Positions 31,047-42,026 of a stretch of DNA of 64,000 nt are shown here, in pieces. The notes below the pieces were generated by a model. That model was not told where the DNA came from. It searched no databases and saw only the letters and a program-made list of their open reading frames with translations. Every line of letters begins with the position of its first letter. Position 1 is the first letter of the stretch. Position numbers and translations under genes: made by a program. This DNA comes from Patescibacteria group bacterium (lineage in GTDB: Bacteria; Patescibacteriota; Patescibacteriia; UBA10025; JAHIVO01), in contig JBAZKE010000002.1 in NCBI GenBank assembly GCA_041650915.1, forward strand, positions 16,638 through 80,637. Direction: 5' to 3'.

Positions 31047-31178
31047 CACATTGCTTGAAATGCTATACAATAAACAGGCTAGAGAAGGTGGTCGAAAATT
31101 TTGCTAAGTTAACAGTAAAATTAGGAACATTGCCTAACGGAACACTATAATTAGGTACAAGAAAACCTCTATTTTGTG

Positions 31179-31204
31179 TCCCGCTTGCGTATCGGGATTT
31201 TTTA
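31179..31204 (+). terminator. Rho-independent terminator after trmD
   Basis: TCCCGCTTGCGTATCGGGATTTTTTAT. Confidence 0.5.
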
Positions 31205-31308
31205 TACCCGGTACTATGCAAACCACCCCATGAACCTTGACAGTCAATATCGTGGTAAGAAAGAACGTTAATTCCATTTTTTGTACGTTTTAGTAAAAAC
31301 GTACACTA

Positions 31309-32799
<1,491 letters not shown>

Positions 32800-33040
32800 T
32801 CAAGGAGAATCACGCCGGTATTTATGCCGGCGAGGTCGATGCGCGGCCTCTCGAAGGCCGTGCAACCGCAGGTACCAACCTGCAAAAAACGCAAATACTT
32901 AGCGTTCTCTTCTTACCACAATAGTGACTGCCAAGTTCAAGGAATACGACTACAGCTCGATGTTGTACCAAACGAACCGAATTGATTTTTTCGCTCACGT
33001 CTAGTACACTGATTCCGAAGGCTGTAGCTTTTTTTATTAA

Positions 33041-33117
33041 GGGCGATTAGCTCAGGTGGTTAGAGCGCGTCACTGATAATGACGAGGTCCCAGGTTCGAA
33101 TCCTGGATCGCCCACCA
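33041..33117 (+). tRNA. tRNA-Ile (anticodon GAU) with encoded CCA
   Basis: GGGCGAT-TA-GCTCAGGTGGTTAGAGC-G-CGTCA-CTGATAA-TGACG-AGGTC-CCAGG-TTCGAAT-CCTGG-ATCGCCC-A-CCA. Confidence 0.9.
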
Positions 33118-33139
33118 CCATTTCAATCAATACTCGCTA

Positions 33140-33520
33140 ATGCCGATGTTTCCGCCGAGGTAGCTCAGTGGTTGAGTCCCGTATTTATGCCGAGGAATAA
33201 TATGCCGAGGTAGCTCAGTGGTAGAGCGAAGGACTGAAAATCCTTGCGTCGCCAGTCCGATTCTGGCCCTCGGCATAAATACGGGATAAACTCCGGACTG
33301 CATCGATGTGAAGAAAATCCTGGAGCCTGTCCCGCACACTGAACACAGTGAAGTGTTGCGGGATCTATCAGTCCGATTCTGGCCCTCGGCATGAGTGCGA
33401 TATTAATGAGCACTGAAAATCCTGGAGCCTGTCCTGAACATGTAGCGCAGCGAAATGGTTCAGGATCGCCAGTTCCCCCGGACTAGATCCGATTCTGACC
33501 CTCGGCATAAGCGAGAAATT
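33140..33520 (+). repeat. Array of degenerate tRNA-derived repeats
   Basis: The motif CAGTCCGATTCTGGCCCTCGGCAT occurs 3 times and (A)CTGAAAATCCT(GGAGCCTGTCC) occurs 3 times. The 5' tRNA segment GCCGAGGTAGCTCAGTGGT is duplicated, and a ~20-bp inverted repeat (CCCGTATTTATGCCGAGG / CCTCGGCATAAATACGGG) brackets the intact tRNA. Confidence 0.6.
33204..33275 (+). tRNA. tRNA-Phe-like (anticodon GAA) with an atypical T-loop (TCCGATT, C at position 55)
   Basis: GCCGAGG-TA-GCTC-AGTGGTA-GAGC-G-AAGGA-CTGAAAA-TCCTT-GCGTC-GCCAG-TCCGATT-CTGGC-CCTCGGC-A. It folds as a cloverleaf but lacks the canonical T54-Psi55. Confidence 0.5.
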
Positions 33521-33587
33521 GACAAACGAGGCAGCGAAGCGGGTTCCATCGAAAATGGAAAGGGCGTGACCATAGGAGCGCCTTGGG

Positions 33588-34016
33588 ATGAACGGCACCC
33601 AACCTGCAATGATCAGGCGAATGAAAAAAATCTTCTACAATAAAATCATTCGCGATAACATTCCGAATCGTATACGATCTGCCGGGGCAGATTATAGCGT
33701 GTGCGTTCTGCCGAAAAAAAAATTTGAAAAAGAACTCATCAGGAAAGTTGAAGAAGAGGCAGGCGGCATGCAGCGTGCCCAGACCAGACGGGAATTGATT
33801 GATGAAATGGCAGATGTAATCGATGTACTGGAAGCAATACGTTTACTGAAAAAAATTTCCAAACGCGAAGTCGCAGCCGCACGCACATGCAACCAAACAA
33901 AAAAGGGCGGTTTTAAAAAAAGGCTGTTCTTGTTCTGGTCATCGGACAGCGGCTATAAGATAAATGAGAAACGGCATGATAAACGGCGGGCACGTGCTGC
34001 ACGCCAAAAAACCTAA
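33588..34016 (+). CDS. Small basic protein; possible all-alpha NTP pyrophosphohydrolase (MazG-like) fold
   Basis: KIIRDNIP......Y.....KKFEKELIRKVEEEA......EL.DEMADVIDVLEAI resembles the MazG/HisE-type EExxE helices. Weak. Confidence 0.35.
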   Translation: MNGTQPAMIRRMKKIFYNKIIRDNIPNRIRSAGADYSVCVLPKKKFEKELIRKVEEEAGGMQRAQTRRELIDEMADVIDVLEAIRLLKKISKREVAAARTCNQTKKGGFKKRLFLFWSSDSGYKINEKRHDKRRARAARQKT

Positions 34017-34023
34017 AACGTAA

Positions 34024-34100
34024 CGGGGTGTGGCGCAGTTGGCTAGCGCGCGCGCTTTGGGAGCGCGAGGTCCCGAGTTCAAGTCTCGGCACCCCGACCA
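34024..34100 (+). tRNA. tRNA-Pro (anticodon UGG) with encoded CCA
   Basis: CGGGGTG-TG-GCGC-AGTTGGCTA-GCGC-G-CGCGC-TTTGGGA-GCGCG-AGGTC-CCGAG-TTCAAGT-CTCGG-CACCCCG-A-CCA. The C1:G72 pair is typical of tRNA-Pro. Confidence 0.9.
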
Positions 34101-34114
34101 ATTAAGGCATTCTC

Positions 34115-34531
34115 ATGAAGGAAAAACCCCTCATTGGTACTGCGGCGATTATTGTGCGAAATGGCCGTGTTTTGCTTGGGAAAAGAAAAAACTCCCACGG
34201 GCACGGTGACTGGGGTTTTCCCGGCGGACACCTCGAATTTGGTGAAGCACCCGAAGATTGCATTCGGAGGGAAGTGCGCGAAGAGACGGGACTGGCCGTG
34301 CGATCAATCACGGCAGCACCGTACACCAACGACTACTTTCCGGAAAAAAATAAACACTACGTTACCCTCTTTTTTATCGTCACCTGCAAACCAGGGGAAC
34401 CAATCATTAGAGAATCTGAAAAGCTCGAGCGATGGGAGTGGTATCCTTGGGACAAGCTGCCCGACAATCTTTTCCTGCCGATACGAAACCTCCTCAAGAG
34501 GGGCTTCAACCCCGTGAGGATAAATACCTAA
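34115..34531 (+). CDS. NUDIX hydrolase
   Basis: Nudix box GGHLEFGEAPEDCIRREVREETG. Confidence 0.8.
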   Translation: MKEKPLIGTAAIIVRNGRVLLGKRKNSHGHGDWGFPGGHLEFGEAPEDCIRREVREETGLAVRSITAAPYTNDYFPEKNKHYVTLFFIVTCKPGEPIIRESEKLERWEWYPWDKLPDNLFLPIRNLLKRGFNPVRINT

Positions 34532-34549
34532 TCAACTACCCTTTCATAT

Positions 34550-35563
34550 ATGCTCCAGGAGCCCCATGCATGCGCCCAGTGCGAAAAAGCCGGGCAGCCG
34601 CTGAGGTTCGGCCGTAAACTCAAACTCTACAGCGCTCTCTTCGTGGGCATTTTTGCGATTTCATTTTTGCCGTTCCTCGGGAAGCTGAACGAAAGCCTCA
34701 CCGACTACCTCAAGCTGATCTGGTGGGCGATTCTGCTCGGCTTCGTGCTCGGCGGTATCATTGACTTCTTTATACCAGAAGGGTTCATCTTCAAGTACCT
34801 CGGGCGCAAGCGGAAACGGTCACTGCTGTTTGCAGTCGCCGCCGGTTTTCTCATGTCAGCGTGTTCGCATGGAATCCTCGCGATCGCAATCCAACTCTAC
34901 AAAAAAGGGGCGAACATCCCGGCGGTTATTACGTTCCTGCTTGCCTCGCCGTGGGCAAACTTACCGGTGACTATTTTACTGTTCGGCTTCTTTGGATGGA
35001 AGGCGCTTCTCTTCATACTCGCCGCGGTGGTCATTGCGCTTATCACCGGCCTCATCTACATGGCGCTCGAACGGGCGCAGATGATCGAACCGTCCAGAAT
35101 AGTGCCGCCCGAGATGCAAGCTTACGAGTGGAACCACATAAAAAACTTCAAATTCAAAACAGCGTTGAGGGGTACTATCAATGGCGCAATCAAGCTGGCC
35201 AACATGGTGCTGTGGTGGCTCATCATCGGAACCGTGCTCGCTGCGGTTATCGGCGCTTACGTGCCTGAGCATGTCTTCCACAATTACTTCGGACCGACGC
35301 TATTCGGCCTGGTCCTCACGCTCCTCGCAGCTACGGTCATTGAAGTGTGCAGCGAAGGGAGCGCCCCGATCGCGTTCGAGCTCTTCACCAAACTCGGCGT
35401 ACTCGGCAATCCGTTCGTATTCCTCATGGCTGGCGTAGCGACTGACTATACCGAAATCGGCCTTCTCTGGACTAACATCGGCAAAAAAACAGCGCTCTGG
35501 CTCCCGGTAGTAGCGGTCCCCCAAATCGTCGCCGTCGGAATACTTTTTAACGCATTCCTCTAA
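34550..35563 (+). CDS. Predicted permease (DUF318/ArsP-like family)
   Basis: Polytopic, with the conserved SACSHG...LLASPWAN segments typical of that family. This is from recall and needs an HMM check. Confidence 0.55.
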   Translation: MLQEPHACAQCEKAGQPLRFGRKLKLYSALFVGIFAISFLPFLGKLNESLTDYLKLIWWAILLGFVLGGIIDFFIPEGFIFKYLGRKRKRSLLFAVAAGFLMSACSHGILAIAIQLYKKGANIPAVITFLLASPWANLPVTILLFGFFGWKALLFILAAVVIALITGLIYMALERAQMIEPSRIVPPEMQAYEWNHIKNFKFKTALRGTINGAIKLANMVLWWLIIGTVLAAVIGAYVPEHVFHNYFGPTLFGLVLTLLAATVIEVCSEGSAPIAFELFTKLGVLGNPFVFLMAGVATDYTEIGLLWTNIGKKTALWLPVVAVPQIVAVGILFNAFL

Positions 35564-35574
35564 CGATATCCGCC

Positions 35575-36075
35575 ATGGTACTTACTGCAATCTCCAAGCG
35601 TCGTGCGGTCCGGAAATTCAAACCCGACCCAGTCCCCGAAAACATGATTGATGAAATTATTACGGCGGCACAATATGCGCCAACCTCGCGCAACAACCGC
35701 GCAACGGAATTCATTGTCGTGCAGGACCCTGCGATACGCCTCAAGGTCTACGAAGCAGCCGAGCCGCACCAGGACTTCGTACGGGAAGCCCCGCTCATCA
35801 TCGTGCCAGTTGCCAACCCTGAAAAAACCAACAATCCTGTCCAGGACCTTTCGCTCGCCACGGGGCATATCCTGCTCCAGGCGGCTGATCTGCAGCTTGG
35901 CGGCGTCTGGAAAAACCTTAAACCCGATTCTGCGCGCGCGGTCCGGGATGCGCTCGGTATCCCACAAAATTGCACAATCATCAATTGTATCCCTATCGGT
36001 TTCCCGAGTGGGCAACCGGACCCCCACACAAAAAGCGAGTGTACTCCCGCACGCATACACAGGGACCGGTGGTAG
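35575..36075 (+). CDS. Nitroreductase-family protein
   Basis: KRRAVRKF...APTSRNNRATEFIVV is the FMN-binding nitroreductase signature. Confidence 0.7.
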   Translation: MVLTAISKRRAVRKFKPDPVPENMIDEIITAAQYAPTSRNNRATEFIVVQDPAIRLKVYEAAEPHQDFVREAPLIIVPVANPEKTNNPVQDLSLATGHILLQAADLQLGGVWKNLKPDSARAVRDALGIPQNCTIINCIPIGFPSGQPDPHTKSECTPARIHRDRW

Positions 36076-36124
36076 CACGGAGTACGGACGAACACATTGA
36101 AGCCGCAAATGCGGCATTCCCATT

Positions 36125-36445
36125 ATGAATTTTTACGACAAAGTCTACCATACGGTGAAAAAAATTCCCCGCGGCAAGGTAGCGACGTACGGGCAGATTG
36201 CCGCGCTCGTCGGCTCACCGCGGGGCGCCCGCATGGTAGGCTGGGCATTGCACGCGATGGACGACGGCAAGCTCGAACACATTCCGTGGCAGCGCGTTAT
36301 TAACAGGGAGGGGCGCATTAGCACCACGTGCGAAGTGCACCCGCCAGCTGAACAGGCCCGGCTGCTGCAGAAAGACGGCGTGCCCGTGACTTGCCGCGAT
36401 GGGCATTTCTCCATTGATTTGGAAAAACACTTGTGGCTGGCATAG
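36125..36445 (+). CDS. Alkyltransferase-like protein (MGMT DNA-binding domain lacking the catalytic Cys: PWQRV instead of PCHRV)
   Basis: The helix-turn-helix KVATYGQIAALVGSPRGARMVG and IPWQRVI. Confidence 0.65.
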   Translation: MNFYDKVYHTVKKIPRGKVATYGQIAALVGSPRGARMVGWALHAMDDGKLEHIPWQRVINREGRISTTCEVHPPAEQARLLQKDGVPVTCRDGHFSIDLEKHLWLA

Positions 36446-36446
36446 T

Positions 36447-38471
36447 ATGAAGCTGCTGCAAAAAAATATTAACCCATACCTACAGGCGATTATTCTCACC
36501 GTGCTCGTCGTGGTAATCGTGCTGACCGGCGCGAACGTTTACCGGTACTGTATGAGCGTACAAACCCCTGCGGCGCACGAAAACTACGCTTATAATTCTG
36601 TGTGTTCGAGCCACAAAATCATCGGGCAGGAATCTCCCCAAACGGCATTTATAGAAACTGCGCCGCCGGACTACTCGGTACAGAAGGCAACTTACCGCGC
36701 GAGCGTCTCACTCAACGATGGGCTGCTCACGGTATATGGCAACAACGGCGATGAGCTCATGCAGTCTGCGCTCACTGATGCATACGTTGACGTTTGCGGA
36801 TCCAGCCTCTTGCGCGATAGTCAGCCACAGCTCAATGTTGTTGACGAAAACAGTATCGAAGTGGCCTACCACTATCATGACGGCTCATCGCTGCGGCTGA
36901 AAATGCAATTTTATGATACTTTTTTTACGTATGTTCCTGAAATCTCGGTCGTGAATGGCCACAAGCTGGCGGGGCAATCCTTTTTTAAACCGCATTTTAA
37001 GGGAAATACAGTCGGCATCCTGAATCCGGACGCAGCAGCGGAAGCTGAGCAGGGGATTTTTCAGCAGCACCAAGTCCCCTCAACCGCCGATCGCCACCTC
37101 ACCACGAGCGTCCTGTGGCAGCGGCAATACGGCGATGAGTACATTTTTTCCCCGACAACCGATGCATGGTACGTGCTATCAGAAAAAAATACCGTGCTCC
37201 ACGGGCTGGCTGAGATTAACCGTGCATCAGGCATTGATATCATCGTGCCGAAAAACAGTACCGATATCACGTACCACTACGCAAACATTTCAGGCGAACA
37301 AACGCAGCTGTCTCCGGCAACTGCTTTCAGCGGCATGCAGAGCATCGTCGTTGTAACGGAGTCAAGCAGTGCGGTCGATGCTTTCCAGAGCTACTATGAC
37401 GCGCTTTCCAGACTCGGCCTGACGGCAGCACATGCCTATAATACGGCCCAATGGTGGAACGGCGGCGTATACTGCAACTGGTTCGAGCACCACGCAATCG
37501 AGAAAACAACCGAGGAAGAAATTGAGTCCGCGCTCACCTCCCTCGAACAAAAGGGAATCATTATAAAAACTGTCGTGATAGATGAGGGATGGGCTGCGAT
37601 CAATGGAGACTGGACAGAAAACCGAGAACGGTTTCCGGGCGGTCTTCGGCAATACATTGATTCACTGCATGATCGCGGCTATAAGGTTATGCTTCACTTT
37701 ATTCCCTTCAGCGTACAGTATACGGATATCCGCGAATCCGACTCACCGCTACTCCCGGCCGTACAAACGCTCACACGCACCCTGATCGACTACAGTGATC
37801 CGCTCGTCCGGGGCTACATTCGCGATGCTATCAAACGCATGCTCTCTGATGCGTCAAAAAGTTACAATGCTGACGGCCTCAAACTCGACTTCGTTTTTGA
37901 CCTCCCGCCCTCACATTCTTCAGTGCGATATAAAGACGCTACGTGGGGCCGCGGCGAGGACTACGTGCACAACTCGCTCACGTGGATTTACGAAACCGCA
38001 AAGGAAATAAAACCCGATGCACTCATTGTCGGCGAGGGCGTGAATCCATTTTTCCAGGACGCCTACGACGCAAACCGCACCAACGATATCACCGCGGTAA
38101 CAACCCTCGAGGGAGCGCTCATGAGGGAAAAAATCCAGCAGATCCTTATGCCTGAACTCATGAGTTTTAATGACCTGTACAGCGAGCGATCGTGGAACTT
38201 TACGGAAGCAGCTTACCAGTATGCATACGCGATTCCGCACATTGTTTTCAAGGTCGGCGATCTGGACGATCAAGACATTGAAGAGGCGGTGTGCCTGTCA
38301 CGAGCATATGACCGGGTCAAAAACGATCTCGTAAAAAAACAAGTGGCAAATCCATTTTCCCGTGCTGACGGAATCAATGCCCAGGGAGACGTGATTTGGG
38401 ACATTAGTGATGATGGTAAGACGGTGCATATTACGGCAGACGATGAAGTAATCATATGTCGCCAGAGCTAA
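36447..38471 (+). CDS. Membrane-anchored extracytoplasmic protein with a C-terminal glycoside-hydrolase-like TIM-barrel (alpha-galactosidase-like clan GH-D motifs)
   Basis: N-terminal signal-anchor (ILTVLVVVIVLTGA), VVIDEGW....FPGGL....GYKVMLHF and GLKLDF motifs. Confidence 0.4.
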   Translation: MKLLQKNINPYLQAIILTVLVVVIVLTGANVYRYCMSVQTPAAHENYAYNSVCSSHKIIGQESPQTAFIETAPPDYSVQKATYRASVSLNDGLLTVYGNNGDELMQSALTDAYVDVCGSSLLRDSQPQLNVVDENSIEVAYHYHDGSSLRLKMQFYDTFFTYVPEISVVNGHKLAGQSFFKPHFKGNTVGILNPDAAAEAEQGIFQQHQVPSTADRHLTTSVLWQRQYGDEYIFSPTTDAWYVLSEKNTVLHGLAEINRASGIDIIVPKNSTDITYHYANISGEQTQLSPATAFSGMQSIVVVTESSSAVDAFQSYYDALSRLGLTAAHAYNTAQWWNGGVYCNWFEHHAIEKTTEEEIESALTSLEQKGIIIKTVVIDEGWAAINGDWTENRERFPGGLRQYIDSLHDRGYKVMLHFIPFSVQYTDIRESDSPLLPAVQTLTRTLIDYSDPLVRGYIRDAIKRMLSDASKSYNADGLKLDFVFDLPPSHSSVRYKDATWGRGEDYVHNSLTWIYETAKEIKPDALIVGEGVNPFFQDAYDANRTNDITAVTTLEGALMREKIQQILMPELMSFNDLYSERSWNFTEAAYQYAYAIPHIVFKVGDLDDQDIEEAVCLSRAYDRVKNDLVKKQVANPFSRADGINAQGDVIWDISDDGKTVHITADDEVIICRQS

Positions 38472-38626
38472 CCTATTGACGGATAGAAAATACTCTGGCA
38501 GTCTTACTAGTACCATTCGTCACACCGAGTTCGCCTCGTCGTGACGAGGAAGAAGAGAAATGTGTGCGTACGGCGCAGTTTCTCCGCGCGCGCGGAGAAA
38601 CGAAATCTGCAGCGCCATGTGGACGC

Positions 38627-38697
38627 GCGGGTATCGTATAGTGGTAATACCACAGCTTTCCAAGCTGTTGCCGGGGGTTCGATTCCCCCTACCCGCT
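38627..38697 (+). tRNA. tRNA-Gly (anticodon UCC), no encoded CCA
   Basis: GCGGGTA-TC-GTAT-AGTGGTA-ATAC-C-ACAGC-TTTCCAA-GCTGT-TGCC-GGGGG-TTCGATT-CCCCC-TACCCGC-T. Confidence 0.85.
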
Positions 38698-39105
38698 TTG
38701 AAAAAGGGCATCACCGTTTAGTGGTGCGCTTTTTCATAGGTAGGCGGCGGCAGGAATCGAACGGGCAGGAGCGATCCCTGCCGGCAGGCTGGGGGAGCGC
38801 CGACGAATGCGAGCAGGCGCAGCATTCGGCGCTGCCGAGGGCCAGCCCCGGATCTAGTTCGGGGAAAATGGCGAAATCCCGCCGCATCGCAAGGCTCCTG
38901 CCTGCTCTACTCACACAATCAAACAGCCTGCTGATGCATAATACTTCAAACCCGGTAACTGAAGCAGGGATGGAATGGCCAAAAGAGATTTAAATTAAAG
39001 TTGGGAGAGAATGGATACAATTCGACCATATAGTGTCAGTAATTCATCAATTGATGCGCACTGACCGTTACAAATCAGTCAAAAACCAATCCACACCGTA
39101 TCCCC

Positions 39106-39133
39106 TTGACATAATTTTTTAGCCTGCTAAGAT
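39106..39133 (+). promoter_or_regulatory. Putative promoter (TTGACA-16-TAAGAT)
   Basis: Motif match only. It is followed about 20 nt later by the hairpin ACACCCCCTATGGTAGGGTGTTTTTT. Confidence 0.25.
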
Positions 39134-39262
39134 AGCGAATTCAATTAACACCCCCTATGGTAGGGTGTTTTTTGATACCTAAATTTGGCTGTAATTAGCA
39201 TAAAAAATATATTGCCTATAATACCGCTAATATCAGCCAAAAAATTAACTGCGCAATAACCT

Positions 39263-39772
39263 ATGATTGGATCATTCCACCCTCGTTCAACAAAAGCAAA
39301 ACACATAATCATCACCGTAGCGATCATGATCATGTGGCAGTTCTCATTTCCCTCGAGCGCTGCTGCAGTCGAGCTTAATGAGAGCGCCATGCCTGCTGAT
39401 ACAGCCACCAATGAATCGGCAGCGGCAGAACCGAAGCCTGTTCTCCGGCTCCCGGAAACACCAGACAAGCCTAGACCTGAAGCAAAACGGACGCTGCAAA
39501 TAACCGTAACAGCCTACTCATCAACCCCGGACCAAACATCGGGCGATCCGTTCATAACGGCATCAGGCTCACGGGTACATGATGGCGTGATCGCGGCAAA
39601 TTTTCTTCCGATCGGGACAAAAGTCAGGTTCCCGGAAAAATTTGGCGATAAAATCTTCACCGTAGAAGACCGCACGCACGCACGGTACTGGCAGCGCGCT
39701 GACATCTGGATGGAGACGCGGGAAGCGGCATTACAGTGGGGAGTGCAATATACGACGATTGAAATCCTCTAA
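39263..39772 (+). CDS. Secreted 3D-domain protein (MltA/YuiC-like RlpA-type double-psi beta-barrel)
   Basis: Hydrophobic N-terminal segment, ITVTAYSSTPDQTSGDPFITASG...IAANFLPIGTKVRFPE.FGDKIFTVEDRT is 3D-domain like. Family recalled from memory. Confidence 0.5.
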   Translation: MIGSFHPRSTKAKHIIITVAIMIMWQFSFPSSAAAVELNESAMPADTATNESAAAEPKPVLRLPETPDKPRPEAKRTLQITVTAYSSTPDQTSGDPFITASGSRVHDGVIAANFLPIGTKVRFPEKFGDKIFTVEDRTHARYWQRADIWMETREAALQWGVQYTTIEIL

Positions 39773-39878
39773 TGCCGAAGAGGAGCCCCCTACACAAGGG
39801 CTTCTCTTGATTTTTCGGGCCCTTTTGCTACCATAACCGTACGCCTATTAACATACTAGGCACCTTCACAAACTGTAC

Positions 39879-39953
<75 letters not shown>

Positions 39954-40071
39954 CTTGCCAAACTCAACGCACAATCGCGAAGCTGCGGGTCTTGTGGGCC
40001 CCGAGCCGAGCAAAACAATATTAGAAAACGTAATGAGGAAAAAACCTTTGGTTGTCTCCTCATACAATCAC

Positions 40072-40148
40072 GCGGCAGTAGTTCAGTTGGCTAGAACGTT
40101 TCCTTGCCAAGGAAAAGGTCGCCGGTTCGAATCCGGTCTGCCGCTCCA
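40072..40148 (+). tRNA. tRNA-Gly (anticodon GCC), encoded CCA
   Basis: GCGGCAG-TA-GTTC-AGTTGGCTA-GAAC-G-TTTCC-TTGCCAA-GGAAA-AGGTC-GCCGG-TTCGAAT-CCGGT-CTGCCGC-T-CCA. Confidence 0.9.
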
Positions 40149-40274
40149 CAGTACTCTGACGGTCCACGAAGAGCATGCGAGTCAATTCGCACTGTTTTAT
40201 CCATTGGATAGCAGCTTGTCCGTACGAGCCAGGATATCTCACCGGATCACTCCGCACGTACGCGTTATCATCAT

Positions 40275-40358
40275 GCCGCCGTGGTGGAACTGGTATACAC
40301 GAGGGACTTAAAATCCCTTGGGGGCAACCCCGTGTCGGTTCGATTCCGACCGGCGGCA
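40275..40358 (+). tRNA. tRNA-Leu (anticodon UAA) with a long variable arm, no encoded CCA
   Basis: GCCGCCG-TG-GTGG-AACTGGTATA-CACG-AGGGA-CTTAAAA-TCCCT-long arm TGGGGGCAACCCCGTG-GTCGG-TTCGATT-CCGAC-CGGCGGC-A. Confidence 0.8.
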
Positions 40359-40477
40359 CACGAGTCGAAAAGTACCGGCGGTCGCCTTACCGTGAAACGC
40401 CGACAGATCATCGGGCTGCGCAGAACCCTCCGTTGGCGTGAAGCTTCTCCGGCATAGCGGCAATTAAAATCATCCCA

Positions 40478-42019
40478 ATGAATATCAAATTTCTCCTCAC
40501 CGCCCTAGTGGCGCCCTCTCTTCTGTGCGCCTGCATCATGCCGGCAGCCGCGCAGGAGCTGCCGACGCTCGAAACTCTCGGCCCGCTCGAGCAGGAGACG
40601 AACGAACTCTCTCCGGCCATTACATCGGATGAGTACATTGCCGTCAATAAAAAAGCCCTGTTCGATGCGTCCGAATCGACCCTCCTCGATACAACGGCAG
40701 AACCGGTATACCGCTGGGATTTTTCTGATGTCTCGGGTGCGCAGTTTGGCAAAGAAGTCGTGCATGAATTCGAACAAACGGGCATCCACCGCATCACCTT
40801 GACCATTCAGCAAGGGGAATTTCGTGCAACGGCAGAAAAGGAAATCTTTGCCTACGATAAAAAAATTTTCATGGTTACCGACCGTGACGTCGAGCAGGAA
40901 TTCCAGCTCATCGTGAACCAGGCTGCACACAATGGCGTTCTGCTGAAAATAGTATCGGGAGTGGAAGAAGAGACCGGCTTCCTTACGGAAGAAAAGCTCG
41001 TTCCCCTCATCAGCGAGGAAAGTGAATTCATTCGTGAAGCCGACGTGCTGCTCTTCTACGCGGACTCATCACTCGGCCTCCAAGGCTTTACGCGGTACTG
41101 GCAGAGCCTCGATGCCGATAAAAAAATCGATCTCAAACAAAAACTCATCATTAAAATCAGTGACCAGAATATGGGCATCGCCGCAAAGCTCGCCCAGCAG
41201 TCATTCGAGGTTATGGATCCGCAATACATCATTGTGACCCGCAAGGAAGCGCTCAATCCAATCTTTGAAAATGATGATGCGAACCTGCTCACGACCGAAT
41301 TTGACCGGCGCGCCATCGAGTATCGGATCGTTGACGCGCGGAGTGAAAAGCCGTATGCCTTCTTCTTGTCCCACGCGGTCACAAACTTCATCGCAAAGGG
41401 AATTCCGACGAATACCATCTATCTCATCCTCGCATTCCCCTTCATCGCATTCGTCGTCACGTTTGCGAGGCAGGTGATCGGCCTGTCTTCGTTTGGCGTT
41501 TTCACGCCATCGCTCATCGCGCTCGCACTCATCATCCTTGGCATTTACTTCGGAATCGGCACGCTCATCGTTGTCATCGTCGTGAGCTACCTCCTCCGGC
41601 TCATACTCAACAAGTTCAAGCTGCTTTACATACCGAAGACCGCCCTCATCCTATCAGTGACCGCCCTCTCATTCCTCGGGATTATTTGGTTCCTGTCATA
41701 CTATCGGGTCTCGTTAGCCGTCTCACTTGCGATTTTTCCGATGCTTGTCATGTCTACAATCTCCGAAAAATTCATATCCGCACAGTCTGAGGAAGGCTTC
41801 CGCGAAGCGCTGTTTGGCGTCTTCACGACCGTGCTGCTCGCCATAGCCGGCTACTACCTCGTCGTATGGAACGCATTCAACGACCTCATTATGTCATGGC
41901 CTGAGCTCATCATACTGCCGCTTATCGGCATGGTGCTCATCGGAAAATTTACAGGCCTTCGGCTGACTGAATACTTCAGGTTCAGGAGCCTGTTCAAGGA
42001 AAAAAACGTAGAAGAGTAA
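40478..42019 (+). CDS. Membrane protein with an N-terminal signal peptide, a ~300-aa extracytoplasmic region and a C-terminal 7-TM bundle; architecture consistent with the 'inactive transglutaminase fused to 7TM' family
   Basis: Signal peptide MNIKFLLTALVAPSLLCAC, then about 7 hydrophobic helices between residues ~330 and 500. The family assignment rests on architecture and on the neighbouring ATP-grasp gene; there is no motif-level confirmation. Confidence 0.5.
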   Translation: MNIKFLLTALVAPSLLCACIMPAAAQELPTLETLGPLEQETNELSPAITSDEYIAVNKKALFDASESTLLDTTAEPVYRWDFSDVSGAQFGKEVVHEFEQTGIHRITLTIQQGEFRATAEKEIFAYDKKIFMVTDRDVEQEFQLIVNQAAHNGVLLKIVSGVEEETGFLTEEKLVPLISEESEFIREADVLLFYADSSLGLQGFTRYWQSLDADKKIDLKQKLIIKISDQNMGIAAKLAQQSFEVMDPQYIIVTRKEALNPIFENDDANLLTTEFDRRAIEYRIVDARSEKPYAFFLSHAVTNFIAKGIPTNTIYLILAFPFIAFVVTFARQVIGLSSFGVFTPSLIALALIILGIYFGIGTLIVVIVVSYLLRLILNKFKLLYIPKTALILSVTALSFLGIIWFLSYYRVSLAVSLAIFPMLVMSTISEKFISAQSEEGFREALFGVFTTVLLAIAGYYLVVWNAFNDLIMSWPELIILPLIGMVLIGKFTGLRLTEYFRFRSLFKEKNVEE

Positions 42020-42026
42020 AACCGAT

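Noticed and set aside
38730-38800. tRNA-like TTCGATTCC motif on the minus strand after tRNA-Gly
   Set aside because: The flanking sequence cannot form T-stem or acceptor-stem pairing, so this is not a tRNA.
39955-40359. ORFs 39955-40311 (+) and 40060-40359 (-) predicted across the tRNA-Cys/Gly/Leu cluster
   Set aside because: They are entirely explained by three well-folding tRNA genes.
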